DNA from: Eledone cirrhosa
Lineage: Eukaryota
Length of the DNA: 64,000 nucleotides
NCBI GenBank assembly: GCA_964016885.1
Contig: OZ024746.1
Location: 16,988,001-17,052,000, forward strand
Direction: 5' to 3'
The notes beneath the pieces were generated by a model. It saw only the letters and a list, made by a program, of their open reading frames with translations, made no database searches and was not told the DNA's origin. This document shows positions 52,560 to 64,000 of this stretch, one piece after another. Position 1 is the stretch's first letter, and each line of letters starts with the position of its first letter. The translations under genes and the position numbers were made by a program.

Positions 52560-52838
52560 TCTGGAGCCGATTATGTTGATGTCTTCCCTGAAAGGCCTGC
52601 AGGGGTATTCATATCAGTTTTACGATAAAGTTTGTAGGTCTGCTGCTGGACTCAAGTGGCATATGAGAGTGTATAAGGAGCAAGTTACATTCAAGACTAT
52701 CTGGGAATCTTATGTGTGTCACATCTGTAAAAAGGTATGAAGTAGTGAGGCAGATTTGCAGTCATTGTGGGCTCATGGCCATTCAGCACAATGTTGGAGA
52801 GATGGTCCTCTTCTGTAAAGAAGTGGCAGTTATCATAT
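52560..52838 (+). mobile_element. 3' end of a LINE (probably RTE/BovB-like) with degenerate C2H2 zinc fingers
   Basis: YQFYDKVCRSAAGLKWHMRV and YVCHICKKV..., followed by a short tail running into (AT)n. Confidence 0.55.
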
Positions 52839-52994
52839 GTATATATATATATATATGTACACACACTGAACCAAAGCATACATATAGTATGCACCTCTTA
52901 ACCACTATCCTCCCTCCCCCTTTCATGTATCTACCATGCTCTAACACCCCACCCATATCTGATCACACCACCATTACATTGTAAAGCTGTCATG

Positions 52995-53310
52995 TTGGTA
53001 TCACAACAAAAAGCATCCAGCCCACACTGTAAAGTCGTGTAGGTGCCATGGCAAAAAGCTCCCATCCACACTGTAAAGTGGTTGTGCAGGTGTCATGGCA
53101 AAAAGCATCCAGCCCACACTGTAAAGTCGTTGTGTCGGTGCCACAGCAAAAAGCTCCCATCCACACTGTAAAGTGGTCATATAGGTGACACGGCAAAAAG
53201 CTCCCAGTCCACACTGTAAATTGGTCGTGTAGGTGCCACGGCAAAAAGCACCCAGCACTTACTGTAAATGTGGTTAGCGTTAGGAAGGGCATCCAGCCGT
53301 AGAAGCCAAG
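52995..53310 (+). repeat. Six tandem copies of an approximately 45-bp RTE/SINE 3' UTR module
   Basis: AAAAAGC..CCA.C.CACACTGTAAAGT.GT.GTGTAGGTGCCAC.GC repeated, followed by TTAGGAAGGGCATCCAGCCGTAGAA. Confidence 0.85.
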
Positions 53311-55189
53311 CGATCTACCAAGTACACGGGAGAGGTTATGCCTTTGACACAAACTGAGGTTCCTGGCAAGCTTTCTACAACTGGATGCCCTTCTTATCAC
53401 CAAGCTTTCTACAGCTGGATATAATTTATTTCAAGTAGAAATGATTTTTAAAAAAATAATAATAGTTTCATTCAGTTGAAATCATGAGTAAAATCCATTT
53501 TTTTCTGGTGATTTCAATCGAATAAAGTAGTACTAGACTAGGAGAAGTAATTTGTAATTGAAACAAATTATTTAAATAATATATTGAGTACTTGATTTAA
53601 CTGGTCTCATTCCATTCCTCAACGAAAAACCATTTTATCTCGTGTATGTGTGTGTGTATAAATACATACACATTGAAAAAGTGGGTCGATGGGTGGTTCT
53701 GTGAAGCTGTTGATGAAATTGGTGTCTTTGCAAATCCTGATAACGAAGCTTAACTTTCTAGAATGATGAGAATTCAACACAACAAATGTTGATAAAGTTT
53801 TTCTTTTCTTTTTATACTGTAGAATTTACTTATCCATTATGAATCTTACATGGAATTCCTGTGTAAAAGAGTGTGTTTATGAATTTAAGGAATTCCCTTT
53901 ATGTTCCCCTCTACGTCAAAGTTGAAAAGAGTTTGGGATCTGAGAAATAAATGTTATTTACAATTTCGTGTGTATAGGTGTAGAATGATATACATTGTTC
54001 CCAGCCATCATAATGAATAAACTCTTGCACCATATTAGGAAGCAAATTTAATTTATAACACGAAAAAGAGAAACCAAATTATTCTCACAGAAATCAGTGG
54101 GGGTGTTTTTCTATGAATTTACTGAATGTTTTCATTTTAACAATTATGTTAATTGTTTTTTTTAAAATTAATTAAAATAGTTTTAATGCTTTCATTATTG
54201 TATATTGTACCGTTTGTCAATGCTTTCATTTATGAATACAAATACATTCGTTTTGTATTTGTAGTAGACTAAACTTAAACTCGGAACTTTTTTTGACCGT
54301 TCCTCACAATTTCATGTTACTAATATATATCAATGACGATAATACCGGAATGTGATGCCATTTCTGAAACTAGGAATAGTCCCCCCTCCCCTAAATAATC
54401 AGCATAGGTGTAATCTACTAAAATTTCATTAACAAAGTAATATACTACAATGTTGTGAATGTGGTGAAAATCTGTGAATTTATGCATTTAAATGTAGATT
54501 AGAACATTAATAAAACAATTTCCACAGAAGGTCCTGTAGTATTATTTAGATCTAGCCTTGTGTGCATTGTCTTTTGTGTTCATTGGTTCCAAACTATGCC
54601 ATAACGAAAACAATTTTTTTTTTAAAGTCGGTGAGAATTTGATTGCGAGAATGTGAAATACATTTTCTCTCTCTCTCTCTCTCTCTCGCAGGTTATTCTC
54701 CGGCATTGTAGAAGTTTCCATATAAACGGTGAATTATATGGAGGTCTGTATACAATACATAATGTGTGTGCAGTTGACATCACATAAACAAACAAACAAA
54801 TAAAAACTAGTGGTGGAGGAGGGAAGCTAATAATGTGAAATCTTTAAGAGAAACATGTCTGAGTTTTTAATAATAAAGACTTTCATTGATGTACAAGAAT
54901 ATGCGACAGTTTTATAGTATACTTACTGTTGGGTTGCCATTTATCATATCACCATCATCATTTATCTCTATAATGTTAATAGTGAGCTAGGATGGGGGAA
55001 TTTCGCCCATTAATTAATGTGTTGAATGTATCTGCTGAGTGTGTGTACTAGCCATAGCACTGACACAGCGTGCTTCAGAATAAACGTGTATATAGATCTG
55101 TTTTCAAGATGTTTATATATAATAAACATACATAGTGTTGCTGCTAGTATTTTAAGCAGTGATAAGATAGCTACTCTTATATATTGACA

Positions 55190-58100
55190 TATACATGGTG
55201 CTTATGTATATAATGTACATGTGTGTTTATGTATATAATGTACATGTGTGTTTATGTATATAGTATGCATGTGTGTTTATATATATAGTATGCATGTGTG
55301 TTTATATATATAGTAAACATGGTGTTTATATACATAGTATACATGGTATTTATATATATAGTATACATGGTGTTTATATACATAGTATACATGGTGTTTA
55401 TATATATAGTAAACATGGTGTTTATATACATAGTATACATGGTGTTTATATACATAGTATACATGGTGTTTATATATATAGTAAACAGGGTGTTTATATA
55501 TATAGTAAACATGGTGTTTATATACATAGTAAACATGTTTATATACATAGTAAACATGGTGTTTATATATATAGTAAACATGGTGTTTATATACATAGTA
55601 AACATGTTTATATACATAGTAAACATGGTGTTTATATATATAGTAAACATGGTGTTTATATACATAGTATACATGGTGTTTATATATATAGTATACATGG
55701 TGTTTATATATATAGTAAACATGGTGTTTATATATATATAGTAAACATGGTGTTTATATATATATAGTAAACATGGTGTTTATATACATAGTATACATGG
55801 TGTTTATATATATAGTAAACATGGTGTTTATATACATAGTAAACATGTTTATATACATAGTAAACATGTTTATATACATAGTAAACATGGTGTTTATATA
55901 TATAGTAAACATGGTGTTTATATACATAGTATACATGGTGTTTATATACATAGTAAACATGGTGTTTATATATAGTATACATGGTGTTTATATATATAGT
56001 ATACATGGTGTTTATATACATAGTATACATGGTGTTTATATACATAGTATACATAGTGTACATGGTGTTTATATACATAGTAAACATGGTGTTTATATAT
56101 ATAGTAAACATGGTGTTTATATACATAGTATACATGGTGTTTATATACATAGTATACATGGTGTTTATATATATAGTAAACATGGTGTTTATATACATAG
56201 TATACATGGTGTTTATATACATAGTAAACATGGTGTTTATATACATAGTATACATGGTGTTTATATATATAGTAAACATGGTGTTTATATACATAGTAAA
56301 CATGGTGTTTATATACATAGTAAACATGGTGTTTATATACATAGTAAACATGGTGTTTATATACATAGTAAACATGGTGTTTATATACATAGTATACATG
56401 GTGTTTATATACATAGTATACATGGTGTTTATATATAATATACATGGTGTTTATATATAATATACATGGTGTTTATATATAGTATACGTGGTGTTTATAT
56501 ACATAGTATACATGGTGTTTATATACATAGTATACATGGTGTTTATATACATAGTATACATGGTGTTTATATATATAGTATACATGGTGTTTATATATAT
56601 AGTATACATGGTGTTTATATATATAGTATACATGGTGTTTATATATATAGTATACATGGTGTTTATATATATAGTATACATGGTGTTTATATATATAGTA
56701 TACATGGTGTTTATATATATAGTATACATGGTGTTTATATATATAGTAAACATGGTGTTTATATATATAGTATACATGGTGTTTATATATATAGTATACA
56801 TGGTGTTTATATATATAGTAAACATGGTGTTTATATATATAGTAAACATGGTGTTTATATACATAGTATACATGGTGTTTATATATATATAGTATACATG
56901 GTGTTTATATATATAGTATACATGGTGTTTATATATATAGTAAACATGGTGTTTATATATATAGTATACATGGTGTTTATATACATAGTATACATGGTGT
57001 TTATATACATAGTATACATGGTGTTTATATACATAGTATACATGGTGTTTATATATATAGTAAACATGGTGTTTATATACATAGTATACATGGTGTTTAT
57101 ATATATAGTATACATGGTGTTTATATATATAGTAAACATGGTGTTTATATACATAGTATGGTGTTTATATATATAGTATACATGGTGTTTATATACATAG
57201 TATACATATACATAGTATACATGGTGTTTATATATATAGTAAACATGGTGTTTATATACATAGTATACATGGTGTTTATATACATAGTATACATGGTGTT
57301 TATATACATAGTATACATGGTGTTTATATATATAGTAAACATGGTGTTTATATACATAGTATACATGGTGTTTATATATATAGTATACATGGTGTTTATA
57401 TATATAGTATACATGGTGTTTATATATATAGTATACATGGTGTTTATATATATAGTATACATGGTGTTTATATATATAGTATACATGGTGTTTATATATA
57501 TAGTATACATGGTGTTTATATATATAGTATACATGGTGTTTATATATATAGTATACATGGTGTTTATATATATAGTATACATGGTGTTTATATATATAGT
57601 AAACATGGTGTTTATATATATAGTATACATGGTGTTTATATATATAGTATACATGGTGTTTATATATATAGTATACATGGTGTTTATATATATAGTAAAC
57701 ATGGTGTTTATATATATAGTAAACATGGTGTTTATATATAGTATACATGGTGTTTATATACATAGTAAACATGGTGTTTATATACATAGTAAACATGGTG
57801 TTTATATACATAGTATACATGGTGTTTATATACATAGTATACATGGTGTTTATATATAATATACATGGTGTTTATATATAATATACATGGTGTTTATATA
57901 TAGTATACGTGGTGTTTATATACATAGTATACATGGTGTTTATATACATAGTATACATGGTGTTTATATACATAGTATACATGGTGTTTATATATATAGT
58001 ATACATGGTGTTTATATATATAGTATACATGGTGTTTATATATATAGTATACATGGTGTTTATATATATAGTATACATGGTGTTTATATATATAGTATAC

Positions 58101-59660
58101 ATGGTGTTTATATATATAGTATACATGGTGTTTATATATATAGTATACATGGTGTTTATATATATAGTATACATGGTGTTTATATATATAGTATACATGG
58201 TGTTTATATATATAGTAAACATGGTGTTTATATATATAGTATACATGGTGTTTATATATATAGTATACATGGTGTTTATATACATAGTATACATGGTGTT
58301 TATATATATATAGTATACATGGTGTTTATATATATAGTATACATGGTGTTTATATATATAGTAAACATGGTGTTTATATATATAGTATACATGGTGTTTA
58401 TATACATAGTATACATGGTGTTTATATACATAGTATACATGGTGTTTATATACATAGTATACATGGTGTTTATATATATAGTAAACATGGTGTTTATATA
58501 CATAGTATACATGGTGTTTATATATATAGTATACATGGTGTTTATATATATAGTAAACATGGTGTTTATATACATAGTATGGTGTTTATATATATAGTAT
58601 ACATGGTGTTTATATATATAGTATACATGGTGTTTATATATATAGTAAACATGGTGTTTATATATATAGTAAACATGGTGTTTATATATATAGTATACAT
58701 GGTGTTTATATATATAGTATACATGGTGTTTATATATATAGTAAACATGGTGTTTATATATATAGTAAACATGGTGTTTATATATAGTATACATGGTGTT
58801 TATATACATAGTAAACATGGTGTTTATATACATAGTAAACATGGTGTTTATATACATAGTATACATGGTGTTTATATACATAGTATACATGGTGTTTATA
58901 TACATAGTATACATGGTGTTTATATACATAGTATACATGGTGTTTATATACATAGTAAACATGGTGTTTATATACATAGTATACATGGTGTTTATATATA
59001 TAGTAAACATGGTGTTTATATACATAGTATACATGGTGTTTATATACATAGTAAACATGGTGTTTATATACATAGTATACATGGTGTTTATATATATAGT
59101 AAACATGGTGTTTATATACATAGTATACATGGTGTTTATATACATAGTATACATGGTGTTTATATATATAGTAAACATGGTGTTTATATACATAGTAAAC
59201 ATGGTGTTTATATACATAGTATACATGGTGTTTATATATATAGTATACATGGTGTTTATATATATAGTATACATGGTGTTTATATATATAGTAAACATGG
59301 TGTTTATATACATAGTATACATGGTGTTTATATATATAGTATACATGGTGTTTATATATATAGTATACATGGTGTTTATATATATAGTAAACATGGTGTT
59401 TATATACATAGTATACATGGTGTTTATATATATAGTAAACATGGTGTTTATATATATAGTAAACATGGTGTTTATATACATAGTAAACATGGTGTTTATA
59501 TACATAGTAAACATGGTGTTTATATACATAGTATACATGGTGTTTATATATATAGTATACATGGTGTTTATATATATAGTAAACATGGTGTTTATATATA
59601 TAGTAAACATGGTGTTTATATACATAGTAAACATGGTGTTTATATACATAGTATACATGT
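55190..59660. repeat. 24-bp AT-rich minisatellite ATAGTA(T/A)ACATGGTGTTTATATA(C/T), about 185 copies
   Basis: Directly visible; 8-aa periodic ORFs on both strands. Confidence 0.99.
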
Positions 59661-59994
59661 GTTGACTTATCGACATCTGAACTGGAGTATCAATGGGAAT
59701 AGATTTCTAATGAAAAAATAATGAATCCGATTCACCAAATTCATTTCACTTGCCCCCCCCCCCTCTCTCTCTCTCTCCCAATAAATAAATAATATATGGA
59801 CGAAAACGACGGGAAAACAAATGAAACCCAGATAGTCCCATCTCACCAGTCGATACACGACATATATATGAGCTGACATATGTCGTGTATCGACATATGC
59901 AATAAATCGGTGAACGGGACGATATATTTTCATTTTCTTTAAAGGTGGATCTATTGTCAATGACACCCTTAAGACATTCTAGTGGGAGGAAACA

Positions 59995-60572
59995 ATAGAT
60001 TGAATTAAATTGTCCCAGTCCTTGAATGGTGTTTATTTTATAAACCCCGAAATAATGATAAAGCCGGCACATTACTGCACCACCACCTGCAATTCTTGCA
60101 CTTAATTCAGCCACCTGCCTCCCATCACTTGTGAACACGGTCCCCGAGATACTTGAAATTCTCCACATGCTTCAATCGAACTCCACTCACATGTAGAATG
60201 CATTGCGCAGACTTTCCTTGAGAGGACGAGTGTCTGAATCTTCGCAGCACTGATTTCATTCCTGATGTGCAGTACTAGGCAACAAACTTATCAAGTTCAT
60301 GTAGGAGATCACCTTCTGTCCCGTTAAGTAATACCATGTTGTCTGCAAATTCCACCCAACTCATTCTATCCCCGCCAGTCTCGATACCATTTTCAAACCA
60401 GCTGCGCATGTCAATCCTCCATGAAGATTACGAACAGAAAAAATGACAATATGCTCTTGCTTGGGGATCCAGCCTGTTTAATTGGAGATGGTTGCTTCTG
60501 ACACGACACGCTGGAAGGTGTGGTGAAGGACTCTGTCCCCATGATATAGGATAAGTGGGTTAAAAAGAAGAA
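59995..60572. mobile_element. LINE insertion (second RTE-like family): RT fragment on the minus strand joined to a 3' tail on the plus strand
   Basis: 59995-60440 resembles 44850-45290 (GTVFTSDGR..ARIAGGGAVM). 60445-60572 is the tail in the opposite orientation, ending AAGAAGAA. Confidence 0.72.
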
Positions 60573-63044
60573 CCACCTTGGAAGAATGACAGGTAAAATC
60601 GATAGATTGCATTTAATTACGCCGTTTCATCCTTCTGGTGTCAATAGAATAAGTCTCAGTTCAGGTCAGCTCCGATCAAGCATACCTTATGGTTAAAAGC
60701 ATTCCAGTCATTATCATCTCGCCTTATTTTCAAGTGCTTTACCAGTGCTTTGGTCTCAGAAATGTGTAGAAGGCAACACCAACATCCTCTGTTGTAGTTT
60801 GTTATTGAGGGAGTGCGTGTGCCTTCTCCCACTTATTATTATTATTATTATTCCTGCCGACCTTTTTTTCAATGATTTTCTTTTGTAAATCATAAATATT
60901 ATTTATTTTAAAACATACCATTTGCTTGAAAAAAAAAAAAAAAAATTGATTTTCTCTCTATAAACGAAGTTTGGTACAATTTGCAACAGTTGTTTTTCAT
61001 TAGCTTTGCTATCTTGAGTTTGGATATAGGATAATTTCTATCAAGCTATCTTGCCTTAAATTTACACTGGGGATCAAATGTTTATTTAAATCATGCTCCT
61101 CCAACCGACCGGGTCACAGAACCTACACAACAAACTCTTTGGAAGTAGTTTAAAGTTCGGTCGGAACGCTGTGACTGTTGATAAGACTGTTTTAAAAACA
61201 AAAGTGGGGTGACTTCTGTAAGAAAGAATCTAAAGTAATGTATTACAAATCAACTCGGTGTAATTTATTTTTTTCTACTAATTTTTATGAAGAAATTAAT
61301 CCGCTGTCTCAATTATTAGCTTCTAAGCTGACAGATGTTTTGTGAACGTGTCTTGGAATCATGGACGATCTCGTGAATAGAGGAAGTATTATCTTAAATT
61401 GATATCTTAACACCCATGGTGTGTGTGGGAAGGGAAGGGCAAGTAACATTCTTTCAAGAAAACAAAATAAGGCATTCATTCATTTATTCTTGTGGTTTGC
61501 GTGTCTGACGTAACGATAGAAAATTTGAATAGCAAATTAACACATGGACTACCATGATTATATTTTAAAGAGTGGGTGAGTATGTATGTGCTAATTAGAT
61601 TCTGGCCTTAAAATTCTTTACTGTGGTCGAGTACACTTCATTTTCTGGTAAAGCATTCCAACAATCCACCACTCTTTGAGAAAATTAGATTTTCCTATTT
61701 CATTATCATCACCATCACCATCACCATCCTTTCTACGTCCATTTTTCCACGCTTGCATAGGTTGGAGCATATTTCTTGAATAAATTATGTCCATGTCCAC
61801 TCCTTTTATTTTTATTTAGCTGGAAAGACTTGGACCTATCGATCTGTTCCTTTCCATTATTAAATAGAAGGATTTATCAGTAAATTACGTTTTTCAGTCT
61901 GTCATTTGAGACGTTGACGGGGTGAGGGGCATAGGACACATTGACACCGGCGCTTATGTCATCATTAGATGCTCATCTTTCTCTATAAAGTGATGGCTCG
62001 TGAGGGGGCTTGGCTTCAAATATTTTTAAAAATCAACGTCCTCATTCCATATTGTAGTATGTGACTGAACGACCTGCTCTCAATACTGTATCTTGGCCTA
62101 TCTCAACATTTTTTAGAAGGCAACACCAGCATTCCCTCTAGTTCTTTTTAATACACACCATTTGCTTATTAAATAAAGATAAACGTAATTTATAGAAATA
62201 GGAAAATCAAAGTTTGAATTAAATCTTCGTGATTCAAATATTTTACTATATTACTGTTGAGGTTTAGCCGTGCTATGTAGACACCTAAACCGATGGGAAA
62301 TTTCAAATACTTGTTATTGGAACAAATATTTACTCGGTTTTGACTGTCTTTCGGGGGTGTGTCTTTATTTTGGGTAGAAAGGGGGTAGACGAAAGTTGAG
62401 AGGTATGAGAAGGAAGCTGTGAATATAATGACAACAAACTTTTCTCTTCACTGTCTTTATTAAGGGGTGTAAACAATTTCCTTCTACTTCCGTTCTAGTG
62501 ACACTCATTTAAAACATCAGCAACATTAAAAATATTACTCCTACCACTATAATCACTACCACTTCACTGTTTCTACAGTCCCACCTCCTTATAATCTCTT
62601 CTTTACAACAATAACAATAATATTTTTATCAAGGAAACAATTTTTTTTTTAAATTAAAAAACGATTTCTAAATGGGAAGACCAGTTTTTAATTCTTTCCT
62701 TTAAATTTAATCTGTCACCCTGCCGTCCCCACCTAGACCCAACCACTCTAGTATCAATGTTCTGTTACCCCCCGCCTCTTCTTTATCTTCTACTACACAT
62801 TCTTGCCTCCCACTAAATCATTAAATAACCCAACCAAGTAATACCTCACATGTGAGATATTAAGTCTCTATCCACCTCTGTCTCTTTCTTTGTCCCCCCC
62901 CCCCCCTTCTATTTCTATATCTTTCTTCTGAACACTGTCACTCATGTCTAATAACCCTTTTGATACCAACCTGTCAAAATCCACCCTTGTTTCTGTAAAA
63001 CAAAACCACACATTTTAAAGGGTTCCTATTTAGATCTTCCAACA

Positions 63045-63952
63045 TCTATATATATAAAACTGAGGATGTCTGTGTGTGTGTGAGTTTGAATCCCTAAAAT
63101 TCGAGAACCACTCAACCGACTGTTTTCAAACTTTTCACATGTAATACTTATGTTTCAGGGAGTGTTCTAATTTTCAATGCCCTAGGGACCGCGTTAGGCG
63201 ATTTAGCGATCTGTCTCTATAATTCTTAGGCTTTCTCTTTTTAGATAGATACATACATATAACGTCACGCCCTTATAATATCTGTCTGTATGTCTGACTG
63301 TCTGCATTACGTCACTTCCCTGAGGATGTCTGTGTGTGTGTGTGTGCGTGCGTGTGTGTCTGTGAGTTTGAATCCCTAAAACTCGAGAAGTACCCAACCG
63401 ACATTTTTTCAAACTTTACATGTGTATTACTTATGTTTCAGGGAGTGTTATGCACATAAAAAGTTCAACTTTTTCATCCCATGGGGTCCGCATTAGGTGA
63501 AAAACTGAGTTTTTTCAGGTTTTTAGGAGATTTTTGAGGCGTTGCGTCAGACCGATTTCCTTGAAATTGTAACTATGTAATAGTCAGTCGCTTCTTCATA
63601 CAGTGAGCAAAGAAAATCCAACTTTTTTATGGCCTAGGGCCCGCATTAGGTGAAAAACTTCATTTTTTTCCAGCTTTTTAGGGCTTCTTTGAGGCGTTAC
63701 GTCTAGCCGATTTTCCCGAAATTTCAAGGCATATTATGCACATTAAAAAATTCATTTTATTGATCCCCTAGGGCCCGCATTAGGTGAAAACCTGCATTTT
63801 TCCTCCTTCATCGAGGAAAATCTTAAAGATTATCCAGCCATCAGAGTATTCGGGTTATTTTCTTTACATATTGTCCAGGCATGCAGTTTTTTCACGATTA
63901 GGCCCGCATTCCAAAATACCTTATCCCGTGCAACGCCGGGTACCACTGCTAG
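63045..63952 (+). mobile_element. Non-autonomous Helitron with internal duplications, inserted in a TTAA-type MITE
   Basis: A|TCTATATATATAAAACTG ... CCCGTGCAACGCCGGG hairpin (63925-63940) ... CTAG|T. The host MITE starts TAACCCTTTTGATACCAACC at about 62952. Confidence 0.88.
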
Positions 63953-64000
63953 TAATTTTATATAAGTACTCTTTATGTTACCAATATCATCTTTGAAATT

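Noticed and set aside
52560-52790. Host C2H2 zinc-finger gene
   Set aside because: The fingers are degenerate and interrupted by a stop, and they run into a retroposon-like tail; a LINE C-terminus explains them better.
54692-54728. Plus-strand micro-exon candidate after (CT)n-CGCAG
   Set aside because: The acceptor derives from a microsatellite, the donor is weak and the peptide is unrecognisable.
55252-59721. Many overlapping 130-460 aa ORFs on both strands
   Set aside because: Products of a 24-bp tandem repeat.

Overview
AT-rich, microsatellite-dense eukaryotic DNA with one 200-N assembly gap (12262-12461). The repeat content (tRNA-derived SINEs, RTE-type LINEs with (ATG)n tails, TC...CTAG Helitrons, TTAA MITEs) looks like a coleoid cephalopod, most likely Octopus; this is an inference. 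I find no intact protein-coding gene. The long ORFs in the track are read-throughs of tandem repeats. The recognisable protein sequence belongs to decayed retroelements: several RTE LINE fragments, an L1/Tx1-like RT, a CRE-like restriction-endonuclease tail, and a Penelope-like (PLE) GIY-YIG element with an inverted pLTR. One plausible host exon lies at 8414-8531 (+). The most interesting signals are: (1) several distinct minimal hammerhead-ribozyme-like motifs, some clearly PLE-associated, including a short fold-back element present twice; (2) a SINE and its probable partner LINE sharing a modular 3' end; (3) a 5-kb, 55-bp satellite apparently derived from that 3' module, with a 1253-bp higher-order duplication; (4) a PHD-like C4HC3 finger inside the RTE reverse transcriptase; (5) repeated fold-back palindromes at retroposon tails; (6) an apparent change in CpG density near 45.8 kb. 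All matches were made by eye; no searches were run.
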